A stretch of DNA of 35,970 nt, filler included, from an uncultured Ignavibacteriales bacterium (GTDB taxonomy: Bacteria; Zixibacteria; MSB-5A5; GN15; FEB-12), in NCBI GenBank assembly GCA_964464605.1. It is 7 parts of 7 records of this genome, joined end to end, with 100 filler letters (N's around TTAATTAATTAA, not from the genome) between each part and the next. Parts side by side here need not be neighbours in the genome. Positions count along the whole stretch, not along the records: positions 1 to 20,093 come from CAYXJN010000012.1; positions 20,194 to 23,648 come from CAYXJN010000013.1; positions 23,749 to 27,024 come from CAYXJN010000014.1; positions 27,125 to 30,378 come from CAYXJN010000015.1; 3 more parts are not named here. One strand, 5' to 3'. The first letter of the stretch is position 1, and each line of letters begins with the position of its first letter. Shown here piece by piece: positions 18,225-27,233 of the stretch. The notes under the pieces are model-generated. The model was not told the DNA's origin. It was given only the letters and a program-made list of their open reading frames with translations, and made no database searches. The position numbers and the translations under genes are program-made.

Positions 18225-18445
18225 TGTTATTAAGATAGTTAGATACAAAGTTAAAGAGTTACAGGTTTGTAACTCCTTGAATAACAAAGCGTATTTAGAA
18301 AAAATGTACCTCATTTTACGGTAGAGCGTACCTCGTTTTACGGTACTGTGTACTTCGTCTTACGGTATGAACGTACCTCGTTTTACGGTATTCCGTACCC
18401 CATCTTACGGTATGTGGACAGTCCACTTTTCCACACTGTGGAGAG
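18225..18445. other. Plasmid oriV: AT-rich tract, iterons, DnaA-box-like sites
   Basis: AT-rich 18225-18305; five iterons; TGTGGACAG (18413-18421) and TTTTCCACA (18427-18435) resemble DnaA boxes. Confidence 0.8.
18306..18412 (+). repeat. Five 18-bp iterons GTACYYCRTYTTACGGTA
   Basis: Copies start at 18306, 18328, 18350, 18373 and 18395 (22-23 bp period, about two helical turns). Confidence 0.9.
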
Positions 18446-18479
18446 CCGAAATCTGATCCGAATAGGCGGGGGAATGAGC

Positions 18480-19322
18480 TCATTTTTTCCTCCGCGGATT
18501 ACCCAAAGACTCAATCGTTGTCATGAGTGCCTTGATGATCTCGCGCTTGGACGCCGTCTCGGAATTGAACTTCACGGTTACGGTGTACTGGTCATCTGGG
18601 TCCCGAAAAGTGTGCCGGAAAAGCTTGTCTTCAGCCGGGCGTTTGAGTTTAATGGCTCGTGCGGCTTTGACTGTCGCACCGTTTGTCTTGAGGTTTTCCC
18701 AAGCCTCTAGCATTGCCGTTTTGTCAGGGAAACGCGCAATTTCCAAGAGCACACTTTTGGACCACTTGTCGGATATCCGACATTCATCCCGGATCACTTC
18801 GGGGAGCTTAGTCAGCGACAAAATCTCGGTGACCGTTATCCGCGATTTACCCACTGTGGCGGCTAATCGCTCGTGGGTATACTTGTACTTCTCAGCCAGA
18901 GATTTTAGACCTTCGGCTTCTTCTACCGCCGTTAAGTCCTCCCGCTGCAAGTTCTCGATAATGGCAATTTCAAGCGGGTTGTCGGAGTTTACTACGCACG
19001 GGATCTTGGCAAGACCGGCTATCTTTGAGGCTCGGTAACGGCGTTCACCGGCCACCAGCAGGTAAGATGCCCCGCGTTTTGTGACAATAATCGGCTGGAG
19101 AATTCCGCGCGTCTTTATCGATTCAGCGAGCTCTTCTAAAGCCGCCTGGTCGAAATGCTTTCTTGGTTGTTCCGGATTTGGCGTTATCGCTTCAATCGGG
19201 ATATTGATTATTTTCCCGCTTCCGGCATCGTCAGTGAAGGCCTCGACCGGATGAGCTTCAGCCACATTACCGGCAAAAATATCCCGTCCGAGTCCCTGCA
19301 CACTGGCCCGTTCTTTAGCCAT
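18480..19322 (-). CDS. parB: ParB/Spo0J partition protein
   Basis: PNPEQPRKHFD, GILQPIIV, AGERRYRA, ENLQREDL; HTH region THERLAATVGKSRITV. Confidence 0.95.
   Translation of the reverse strand: MAKERASVQGLGRDIFAGNVAEAHPVEAFTDDAGSGKIINIPIEAITPNPEQPRKHFDQAALEELAESIKTRGILQPIIVTKRGASYLLVAGERRYRASKIAGLAKIPCVVNSDNPLEIAIIENLQREDLTAVEEAEGLKSLAEKYKYTHERLAATVGKSRITVTEILSLTKLPEVIRDECRISDKWSKSVLLEIARFPDKTAMLEAWENLKTNGATVKAARAIKLKRPAEDKLFRHTFRDPDDQYTVTVKFNSETASKREIIKALMTTIESLGNPRRKK
18767..18782. repeat. 16-bp palindrome copy 5 (TGTCGGATATCCGACA), inside parB
   Basis: Perfect palindrome with compensatory central change, within the parB coding sequence. Confidence 0.7.
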
Positions 19323-20306
19323 TTACCACCTCCAGCGCTAAGCCCCGATACGACTCCGAAACGGGGGAGCGGGGGTCGTAGCTTAGAATCGCTTCACCGC
19401 GAACCGGCGCTTCTTTGGCCCGAACACTCTGGCCAATTACCGCCGTAAATACTTTGTCTCCAAATGTTGCCCGAATTTCTTCCAGAATCTCTTTGGCGTG
19501 CACTGTGCGGTTGTCGTGCATCGTGATGAGAATGCCGCCGATTTCGAGGCCGGGATTTAGTTTCCGGCGCACCTTTTCAATCGTGTTGATAAGGAGACTC
19601 GCGCCGCGAATGGCGAGGTAATCGCTTTGCGTGGGGATTATTACTTTGTGGGCGACTGCCAGCGCATTGGTTGTAAGCAGACCCAGAGAAGGGGGGCAGT
19701 CGATCAGAATGTAGTTGTAGCGCTGCCGAGCTTTCTTAAGAGCATTTGAAAGTGCCCGCTCTCTATCCATTTCGCTCATAAGCTCCATTTCGGCCTTAGA
19801 CAGGTCGATATTCGAGGGAGCTATCTCGATGTTCGGATACTTTGTTTTCTGAACCACTTGCTCAAGATTTATCCCCGGGCGCGTATCCAGAAGTACATCG
19901 TAAATAGTCTCCTTAAGCTCGTGGACGGGCAGTCCAAAGCTAATCGAGAGACTGCTTTGCGGATCTAAATCAATCAGCAATACCGAGAGACCCTGCTCAG
20001 CAAGTGCCGCAGCAAGATTTGTGGTCGTCGTGGTTTTCCCCACGCCGCCTTTTTGGTTTGCGACCGCGATTATTTCCGCTGCCGCGTCCTTAGNNNNNNN
20101 NNNNNNNNNNNNNNNNNNNNNNNNNNNNNNNNNNNNNTTAATTAATTAANNNNNNNNNNNNNNNNNNNNNNNNNNNNNNNNNNNNNNNNNNNNCCCACGC
20201 CGCCTTTTTGGTTTGCGACCGCGATTATTTCCGCTGCCGCGTCCTTAGACGCGCTGGGCTTGCCGTTCTTGGCCGCGCTCTTTAGGACTTTCAATTTTGT
20301 TGGCAT
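19315..20306 (-). CDS. parA: ParA/Soj ATPase (spans the N gap; intact after merging the 55-nt overlap)
   Basis: Merged sequence reads MPTKLKV...IIAVANQKGGVGKTTT...IDLDPQ...IDCPPSLG. Confidence 0.93.
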
Positions 20307-20472
20307 AGGTTTTAATCCGATCAATGTCTGCGACCGAGAAAACGCGCCAGCCACGCACATCCCGATCAACTTCTGCAATTTTTCCTTGGGCGAACCAGCG
20401 AATCAGCGTCGGCTTACTGATGCCGATTTTTTCTGCCGCTTCCGCCGTGTACAATCGTCCGTGTGGAGTCAT
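20245..20472 (-). CDS. MerR/excisionase-like HTH DNA-binding protein (75 aa)
   Basis: YTAEAAEKIGISKPTLIRW...RDVRGWRVFSVADI; overlaps the parA start by 62 nt. Confidence 0.8.
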   Translation of the reverse strand: MTPHGRLYTAEAAEKIGISKPTLIRWFAQGKIAEVDRDVRGWRVFSVADIDRIKTYANKIESPKERGQERQAQRV

Positions 20473-20593
20473 TGTCTCATCCTTTGCAATCCTTCCGTCC
20501 AAAACAACATCATGCGTCAATGATTATTGAGTATACTTGACTATGGCAATATAAAAACTTTCTGCCGCCCGCTTTTTCTGTCACCCGGCCCAT

Positions 20594-20609
20594 TGTCGGA
20601 CGTCCGACA
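20594..20609. repeat. 16-bp palindrome copy 6, upstream of the par operon
   Basis: CCCATTGTCGGACGTCCGACAATCC between the divergent par and ardC genes. Confidence 0.7.
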
Positions 20610-20867
20610 ATCCGCTTTTGTGCCTGCCAGATTCAGCGCCTGACCCCGCGTCGCACTCTCTTTCCGTCTGTCTATTTTCCTGCTTCGACCCTTCGGCATT
20701 TGAAAGCAAGCGCACGCTTCGCGCCAGGACTTCGCCTGTCACTCATCGTGCTATCGCTTGCCTGTTTATCTACGCCTACGGGCACGAAGCCTCTCCTTCA
20801 GATTCGAGTTTTGGTTCCTCCCTGTCTTCGAAGGAACACAAAACTCTCAACTTTGAAGGAGAAAAAC

Positions 20868-21677
20868 ATGAAGACAGACGAAATCAAAAAACTCTCAGAC
20901 GACGCTCTCACCGGGCTCAATCAGGCACTTCAGGCAGGTCGTAGCGACTCACTCAAGAACTACCTCCAATTTATGGCTCGGTTCCATAAATATAGTTTTG
21001 GTAACATCATGCTCATTGCCCTCCAGCATCACAATGCCACGCATGTTGCGGGCTTTAACTCTTGGAAGAAGTTTGGCCGTTTCGTCAAAAAGGGTGAGAA
21101 AGGCATCGCCATCATCGCTCCTGTACTTATAAAGCCCGATGCAAAGTCGACAGCTGATTCGGCAGACGATGAGCAGCCTATCCTTCGTTTCAAGGTCGCT
21201 CACGTCTTCGATATTAGTCAGACCGAAGGTGACCCAGTTCCCGAGCTCGCCACGATTTCCGGCGACCCTGGTATTCACCTTCAGCAGCTCAAAACTGTAA
21301 CCACTGATTTCGGTATTGAGCTCACCTACGAAGATCTCCCGTTAGGCACTTTTGGTTTCTCTTCCGGTGGCACGATCACACTTGCCTCTGGCCGTACACC
21401 GGCTGAAGAATTCTCAACTCTCGCACATGAACTCGCTCACGAACTCTTACATCGAAACGTCGATGAAAGACCTTCCAGTAAGACCGTTCGTGAGACTGAA
21501 GCCGAGTCAGTCGCCTTTGTAGTCTCCAGTGCTATCGGCCTTGAAGCTGATATAGCTTCCCAAGACTACATCCAGCTTTACCACGGCGATGCTGCCATCT
21601 TGAGTGAATCGCTTGAACGCATTCAGAAGACAGCTTCTAAGATTCTCACGGCGCTCTTCGCCGATTCAGTGCTGTAG
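20868..21677 (+). CDS. ardC: ArdC-like antirestriction protein (ssDNA-binding domain plus zincin-like domain)
   Basis: YSFGNIMLI..Q, VAGFNSWKKFGRFVKKGEKGI, VFDISQTEG, HELAH, ETEAESVAF; AAGGAG RBS. Confidence 0.85.
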   Translation: MKTDEIKKLSDDALTGLNQALQAGRSDSLKNYLQFMARFHKYSFGNIMLIALQHHNATHVAGFNSWKKFGRFVKKGEKGIAIIAPVLIKPDAKSTADSADDEQPILRFKVAHVFDISQTEGDPVPELATISGDPGIHLQQLKTVTTDFGIELTYEDLPLGTFGFSSGGTITLASGRTPAEEFSTLAHELAHELLHRNVDERPSSKTVRETEAESVAFVVSSAIGLEADIASQDYIQLYHGDAAILSESLERIQKTASKILTALFADSVL

Positions 21678-21898
21678 GTTCAGCACTGAGGCATATTCCT
21701 ATGCACCTACTTGGATGGTTCATGGCTCACACTGCTTGGAGTAGTCTTATAGGTGCCTTCCACTTCCCCTAATCCCCAGTCGGCTAATAGTTTTCTCATA
21801 TTTTTAAGGCTGTCGTTTTTGCTCTCCCAAGACATTGTTCTTGGCGGTTTCATCGACCGCGCTTATCTTCATTTGGCTTCTAACATGGAGTTTCGTCC

Positions 21899-22531
21899 AT
21901 CCAGATTACTGAACGCGACAGATTGATCTTGGAGACTCTCACGCACAAGGTGCGGGTGCTCTCACTCACTCAGATCGCCGCCAAATGGTGGCCGCCACAT
22001 GAGCAATCTGAACGGTCGGTCAAAGGAAGATTGAAGCTCTTGGAAGCTGAAGGGCTTGTCATGCAGGCAAGGGTTATGGCTCACCCTTTGATTGCACTTG
22101 AAGCTCCTCTCGTAGTCTGGAAGCAGAGAAGTCCAGTTCCGGATTTTGGCCCAATCTCATATCGCCTGAAGTCGCGCTGGAACCAGACACTAAAACTTAC
22201 GCCGATAGTTGCCGCCTCAAAGATTGCCGGAAATTGGTTGGGGGGACATGGCGGCCGCCTGCCTCGAACTAGTGAAGCGAGCCACGACCTCTGTCTGGCT
22301 CAAGTATATCTGCAACTTCTGAGCGGACAGCCGGAGCGAGCAAAGAAATGGGTTTCCGAGGCTGAACTTTATCATCGTGGCGGCGGACGAAATCAGAAGC
22401 TGCCCGACGCCGTTGTCTGGGGCAGGGGAGTGAAGACCGCCATCGAATTTGGCGGAGCCTACAGCAAAAAGAAGCTTGAGGACTTTCACGCGTATTGTGA
22501 AGAAAACGGTTTTGCTTACGAGATTTGGTGA
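21899..22531 (+). CDS. Replication-relaxation (Replic_Relax/MOBC-like) protein, wHTH plus PD-(D/E)XK
   Basis: ITERDRLIL N-terminus, HDLCLAQVY, WVSE, LPDAVV, AIEFGG. The start is uncertain (ATC 21899 or TTG 21923). Confidence 0.65.
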   Translation: MQITERDRLILETLTHKVRVLSLTQIAAKWWPPHEQSERSVKGRLKLLEAEGLVMQARVMAHPLIALEAPLVVWKQRSPVPDFGPISYRLKSRWNQTLKLTPIVAASKIAGNWLGGHGGRLPRTSEASHDLCLAQVYLQLLSGQPERAKKWVSEAELYHRGGGRNQKLPDAVVWGRGVKTAIEFGGAYSKKKLEDFHAYCEENGFAYEIW

Positions 22532-23223
22532 TGAATGAACGCGACTTGAAAATTCTGAAACACATTGGTCTCTACCGAGTTTCAATCCGCGTCGTAATCG
22601 AAAAGGCGTTTTTCTCCGGTGCATCCTGCGGCAATGTCCTGAAGAGACTTATCAGGGAGCAGTTGATAACCACGGGGGACGACCTTCCGGGTCCCGCCAG
22701 TTACTATCAACTCACTCGCAAAGGCGCCGCGCTAGTTGGATTTCCGGCCGCACGTGCCACACACTTTGAGCCGCAGTCATTACAGAAACATCTGGCAATA
22801 TTGAGTTTCTGTTTCTTAGGAAAGCGCCCGCGTCATCGGATGGATGAGAGTATTCTCAAGACAATTTTCCGCCAGGACACGCCAAGCGGCGATCACTGCC
22901 TCGAAGAAACGAGCAACGAGCGGAAAGGTCGAATCTACCACGTTCAGGTTACGGGATTGAATACCAGTACGAAGTCCTTAGTTCGCCAAACCCGCGAGAA
23001 GATTCTCAAGTCACTAGAGGAGGTTGAGCAAAGAGCTTGGATCGAATCCCGAGAGTATGCCTTTGCCATACTTGTCGACAACGAACTGCGAGCAGACGCA
23101 GTGAAGCAGGCGTTCAAGAATGTTTCCGACAAACTGCATCAACAGGCTGCCATTTATGTGGAGGCCGTCCCCAGCTTCAATCTCTTCAAAGGAGTAGCCA
23201 TTGCTAAACGGGCAAAACAATAA
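22525..23223 (+). CDS. Second Replic_Relax-like wHTH protein with apparently degenerate nuclease domain
   Basis: MNERDLKIL...LKRL...YYQLTRKGA...KH; no clear PD...E motif. Confidence 0.55.
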   Translation: MVMNERDLKILKHIGLYRVSIRVVIEKAFFSGASCGNVLKRLIREQLITTGDDLPGPASYYQLTRKGAALVGFPAARATHFEPQSLQKHLAILSFCFLGKRPRHRMDESILKTIFRQDTPSGDHCLEETSNERKGRIYHVQVTGLNTSTKSLVRQTREKILKSLEEVEQRAWIESREYAFAILVDNELRADAVKQAFKNVSDKLHQQAAIYVEAVPSFNLFKGVAIAKRAKQ

Positions 23224-25968
23224 AGGCGAAGGACTGGGATTGAATTTTCGAGCCCGCAAACTTGCGCCTGATGTCACTGATTTATTCAGAGCGGCACAGA
23301 ATAGACAATTTCTGATTCTATTGGCCGTTCCGCTAATCGTTGTCGCCGGAATCTTGATCCGGCGCTATTTCCCGCCACAGGCATCGCTTCCCATAGTTGC
23401 ACTCGCCGTTCTGATCATTACCCTTTGGCGTTATTTGACTCAACGTCCCATAGGCTATTTTCTGCTTGCTTCTCCTGTAATTCTCGTGGGAGTTCACTTT
23501 GGCTCCCTATTGTTGGAAGACCGACTTTTCACAATCATCGTTTTGTCCACTATCACGATTACCTTCTTTGCTTTTTTCTCGGCAGATCCATTACGCTTTT
23601 ATCAGGAGTGGCTCTTTGCTGATCCACGTATCAGCCCTGAACGCAGGCNNNNNNNNNNNNNNNNNNNNNNNNNNNNNNNNNNNNNNNNNNNNTTAATTAA
23701 TTAANNNNNNNNNNNNNNNNNNNNNNNNNNNNNNNNNNNNNNNNNNNNCGCTTTTATCAGGAGTGGCTCTTTGCTGATCCACGTATCAGCCCTGAACGCA
23801 GGCAGCAACTGAAAACACTGGAGTTACGCCCCAGCCTTATCACGCTCATTTTGTTTTTGGCCGTCATTATTGTTATCCCGTGGTTGCATTCGGTAACTCT
23901 AGCCATAGCTGCTCTCGTACTTTATGTCTTGGGACTCATTTTCATTCATTCAGTGAGAACCGGACTTAAGCCAATCGCTGGAACCAAGTTGCTCTTTGAG
24001 CGAGCGCGATCGGTGTACCGTCTTTATTTGGCCTACCCTGACTCCAACGACAAAATGCCCGGACGTTGGAGTTATAGGCATAATCTTGCGAAGCGCCGTC
24101 GTTTACTCTTCGCCTTCAGCTCCCCGTTTTTTCTATCCGTGCTCTTAGGCCTCAGTTTCTGTGTGCCGTGGGAGATTTTTGGTGCTTGGACAATTCCGCA
24201 TTTTCCGTGGAAAGTTCCGCCGAATACCACAGGCGGCGACTATGATTTCTTGCTCACGCCATTTTTGAGCGCCGCTCAAGCTCCGCCATCCTATTATTGG
24301 GCATTCGTAGTCGCCCTTCCGCTCATGTTTATCTTGCCCAGTCTATTACTGCTCGCGTGCTTCTTGCCGGCGATCATCAAATTAGAAAAGCATAGAGCCG
24401 ACGTGCTTTCAGCACTAGGTGACGAAGGTCTCTCGCAATGGGACATATTCGTTGAGCGTCTCCGTACTTCTGAGAAATTCACTTCACGAGCAGATGACCC
24501 TTCGGAACCACCTATCAGGGAAGCCGACCACTTCTTCCTTGGGTTTTATCCATCGACCGATACACCAGCTTTGTTGCATCGTGAGATTCTAAACGAGCAC
24601 GCCCTAATTGTCGGTCAAGCCGGAAGCGGTAAAACGATAATGGGACTTACACCACTAATAACGCAGATACTTCGTGGTTACCATACTGGGCCAACGAAGC
24701 AGGGAATCGTGGAACACTCCGATCCGGCACCGATGCTCATACTTGACTTAAAGGGCGACCTCGCACTCTTCAACAGCGCAAGAATCGAAGCTGCACGTCG
24801 CGGACAGAGATTTCTGTTTTTCCGACTTGAGAAGGGCTCGGCATCGGCGTATTTCAACCCCTTTGCTGACTTGCGCACCGAAAACCGCACGGTGATTGAG
24901 TTCGCTGAATTGGTTGTGCAGGCGCTGAATCTCTATCATGGTGATTTTTACGGTGCTAGTTATTACTCTCGGCAGCATCGCGATCTCTTACTGACGGTAC
25001 TGAAGGACGCGAAGGTTCAGCCGCAGTCCTGGGATGAACTCTATGCACTCGTGCTGAAAAAGGCAGGAAAGCAAAGACACAAAGATACGACCGAACTTCT
25101 TTCAACGATTCATGCGCTGACTTGTTATGAACAATTGCGATCAGCGCCGGAAGGCAAGGACCAGATTCACATGCCAAGGCTTGTAGCTGAAAACGAAGTC
25201 GCCTACTTCTGGCTCCCATATCGCGTTGGGAACATGAGCGTGAAGGAAGTAGGCAAGCTTGCTCTCTTTGCGATTCTCACCGCTTGCGCGGAGTACTACG
25301 AAGCGGGCAAACCAGCTAAGCAGACGTATGTTGTCATTGACGAATTTCAGTGCCTCGCTGCTGAAAATATCAAAGCCATACTCCAGCAAGCACGTGGCTT
25401 TGGAATTTCACTGGTACTAGCGCTACAAGCTTTGAAAGACCTTCAGTCGCCGAATTCCACCGATCTCCGCGCCACAGTTTTCACTAACACGCGCTTCAAA
25501 CAATTTTTCACAGTGACTGAACGTCAGGAGATGGAAGACTTAATCGCTCTGTCTGGCGAGGAGCTCCAATATCTCCAGAGTACATCGGAATCAACCACCA
25601 CCAGCAATACCGGCACCAGTCACACAGTCAGTACTAGCCAACATCCCGTCTATCGGCCGCGGCTTGAGCGGGACCTCATTCGCGCCGTTAACGACGCCGA
25701 GACCGATTCCCTGATATATGTCACACGCGGCAAAGGCTTCACCAAACTTGAGGGAATTCCGACGCGCATCCAAAGCCTCTATCCGCTTGATCAAGATGAA
25801 TACAATAAGCGGCTCTCTACACCATGGCCTAAAGCCGAAGAAGTGCCAACTGCCAGTCAGAATCCGCAGACTCCCGAGAAGATTGAGCAGGAAGCCCGGG
25901 AATTGCACCAGGACATTTTGCTAAGGGCGTCGCAAATGGCAAAGGAGATGGGTGGACTCGACGAATAG
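23201..25968 (+). CDS. VirD4/TraD/TraG-like type IV coupling protein, multi-TM (~870 aa after merging across the gap)
   Basis: The frame is continuous across the 55-nt overlap (ISPERR-QQLKTL). Walker A GQAGSGKT, ILDLKGD, Walker B VVIDEFQ, QARGFGISLVLALQ. Confidence 0.85.
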
Positions 25969-25988
25969 GGGAAGGAGTTTGCCACAAA

Positions 25989-26016
25989 AGACAATAGACC
26001 CGAAGGTCTATTGTCT
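25989..26016. terminator. Perfect 12-bp hairpin after the coupling protein gene
   Basis: AGACAATAGACC-CGAA-GGTCTATTGTCT; weak U-tract on the plus strand. Confidence 0.55.
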
Positions 26017-26444
26017 ACACGCGAATTTCCAGAGTTTTTCTGATGTCCTGGACTTACATGCCAATCAAGTTTTTCTGATGTCTGATTGACACACTCGCGC
26101 TAACTGCCGTTTCATTTATTAACCTGTGAACGGCGGACAGGAAAAAGGACTAATTCGAGCCCTTAATAATATAACGCTGGATCAGCGAATTTTGTTCACA
26201 AAAAATTGTGGGCAACGGGCAAGAATGCTAAACTGGCCGCATGGAAAACCAAACTGAAAACTACATCCTTTTTGAAAGCGACATTGGGCACGAATGGCTG
26301 ACCTTGGCCTTCTGGGACCATCCGGCGACGTATATGTTGCTTACTATGATTGTCATGAAGTTCGTGGGCTTCTAGACCCTTGACCTGCATCGAAAAGAGG
26401 GTAGAATAAAAAAGAGAGCTGGCGTAAGCCAACTCCCTGAGAAC

Positions 26445-26726
26445 TTAGTGCGCTAACAGCATTAGACCTGCTGTTAACATACACCATGAGAGGCGCTCTG
26501 CAATTTCTTGCCAGAGTGCCTTTCTTTTTGTCCTCGACCGGTACGAGCGGAATACTTGAAGTACTCTCGGCGTTGTACCTGTCGATAACAGGATTTGTCC
26601 GTAGAAGTGCACTGGCTCGGATATTGTGCCATCAGGCCAAAACATCACGATCTTTGTGAATCTCCTACGAATCACTTTTCCGTTCTCCGTCCACGTCAAC
26701 ATTCCTGTTTGTTCATTATTCAACAT
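26445..26726 (-). CDS. Hypothetical protein (93 aa)
   Basis: GGGAGG RBS before ATG 26726; hydrophobic C-terminus. Confidence 0.45.
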   Translation of the reverse strand: MLNNEQTGMLTWTENGKVIRRRFTKIVMFWPDGTISEPVHFYGQILLSTGTTPRVLQVFRSYRSRTKRKALWQEIAERLSWCMLTAGLMLLAH

Positions 26727-27134
26727 AGGTTTACCTCCCAATTGTTTACAATTAAAGAAGCGAACCCCGAAGGTGTTTCGCTCCGCTCAAAGCCCGAAGA
26801 CTCTCAACGGAAATCACACCAACGCTGTTGAACTAGAACTGTGGCCGGATACGGAACACAATTCGGATAACCGGAAAGCACGCTTTCCGAGTGCCGGTCT
26901 TTAACCTCTGGGCACACTGAGGATTGGAAATTTCAAAGAACACGGAGTACGGTTTGAATGGAAACTAATTGACTCTACGCACTCCTCTTCTAAATTTAAC
27001 GTGAAGGAGTGTGGGATGTTCCAANNNNNNNNNNNNNNNNNNNNNNNNNNNNNNNNNNNNNNNNNNNNTTAATTAATTAANNNNNNNNNNNNNNNNNNNN
27101 NNNNNNNNNNNNNNNNNNNNNNNNTTTCCTTCCT

Positions 27135-27193
27135 AAAAAAAATATCCCCCTGCGAGGTGATTCCGGGTCACCTTTGTTCGCAGGGGGAATATT
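27135..27193 (-). terminator. Intrinsic terminator of the 863-aa gene
   Basis: CCCCCTGCGA...TCGCAGGGGG stem with an A8 run on the plus strand (U-tract on minus). Confidence 0.7.
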
Positions 27194-27233
27194 TGATCGT
27201 CAGCTGACTGTGCAAGTCATACTAACGGGTCGG

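Larger units (their letters stand above)
1..27024. mobile_element. Complete circular mobilizable plasmid (~26.66 kb after removing overlaps and linkers)
   Basis: Positions 1-55 are identical to 26970-27024. Internal N gaps are flanked by 55-nt duplications (20039-20093 = 20194-20248; 23594-23648 = 23749-23803). Carries rep, iterons, parAB, relaxase-like genes and a coupling protein; no mating-pair formation genes seen. Confidence 0.9.

Noticed and set aside
18306..18412. Regular repeats as a CRISPR array
   Set aside because: Spacers are only 4-5 nt, there are no cas genes, and the repeats sit beside rep with DnaA-like boxes, so they are iterons.
20094..20193. N runs with TTAATTAATTAA (also 23649-23748, 27025-27124, 30379-30478, 32603-32702, 34472-34571)
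   Set aside because: Artificial six-frame-stop linkers. The flanking 55-nt duplications are assembly k-mer overlaps, not biological repeats.
19315..20378. parA, the coupling protein and the dockerin protein appearing split or pseudogenised
   Set aside because: Each reads in frame once the overlap is merged.
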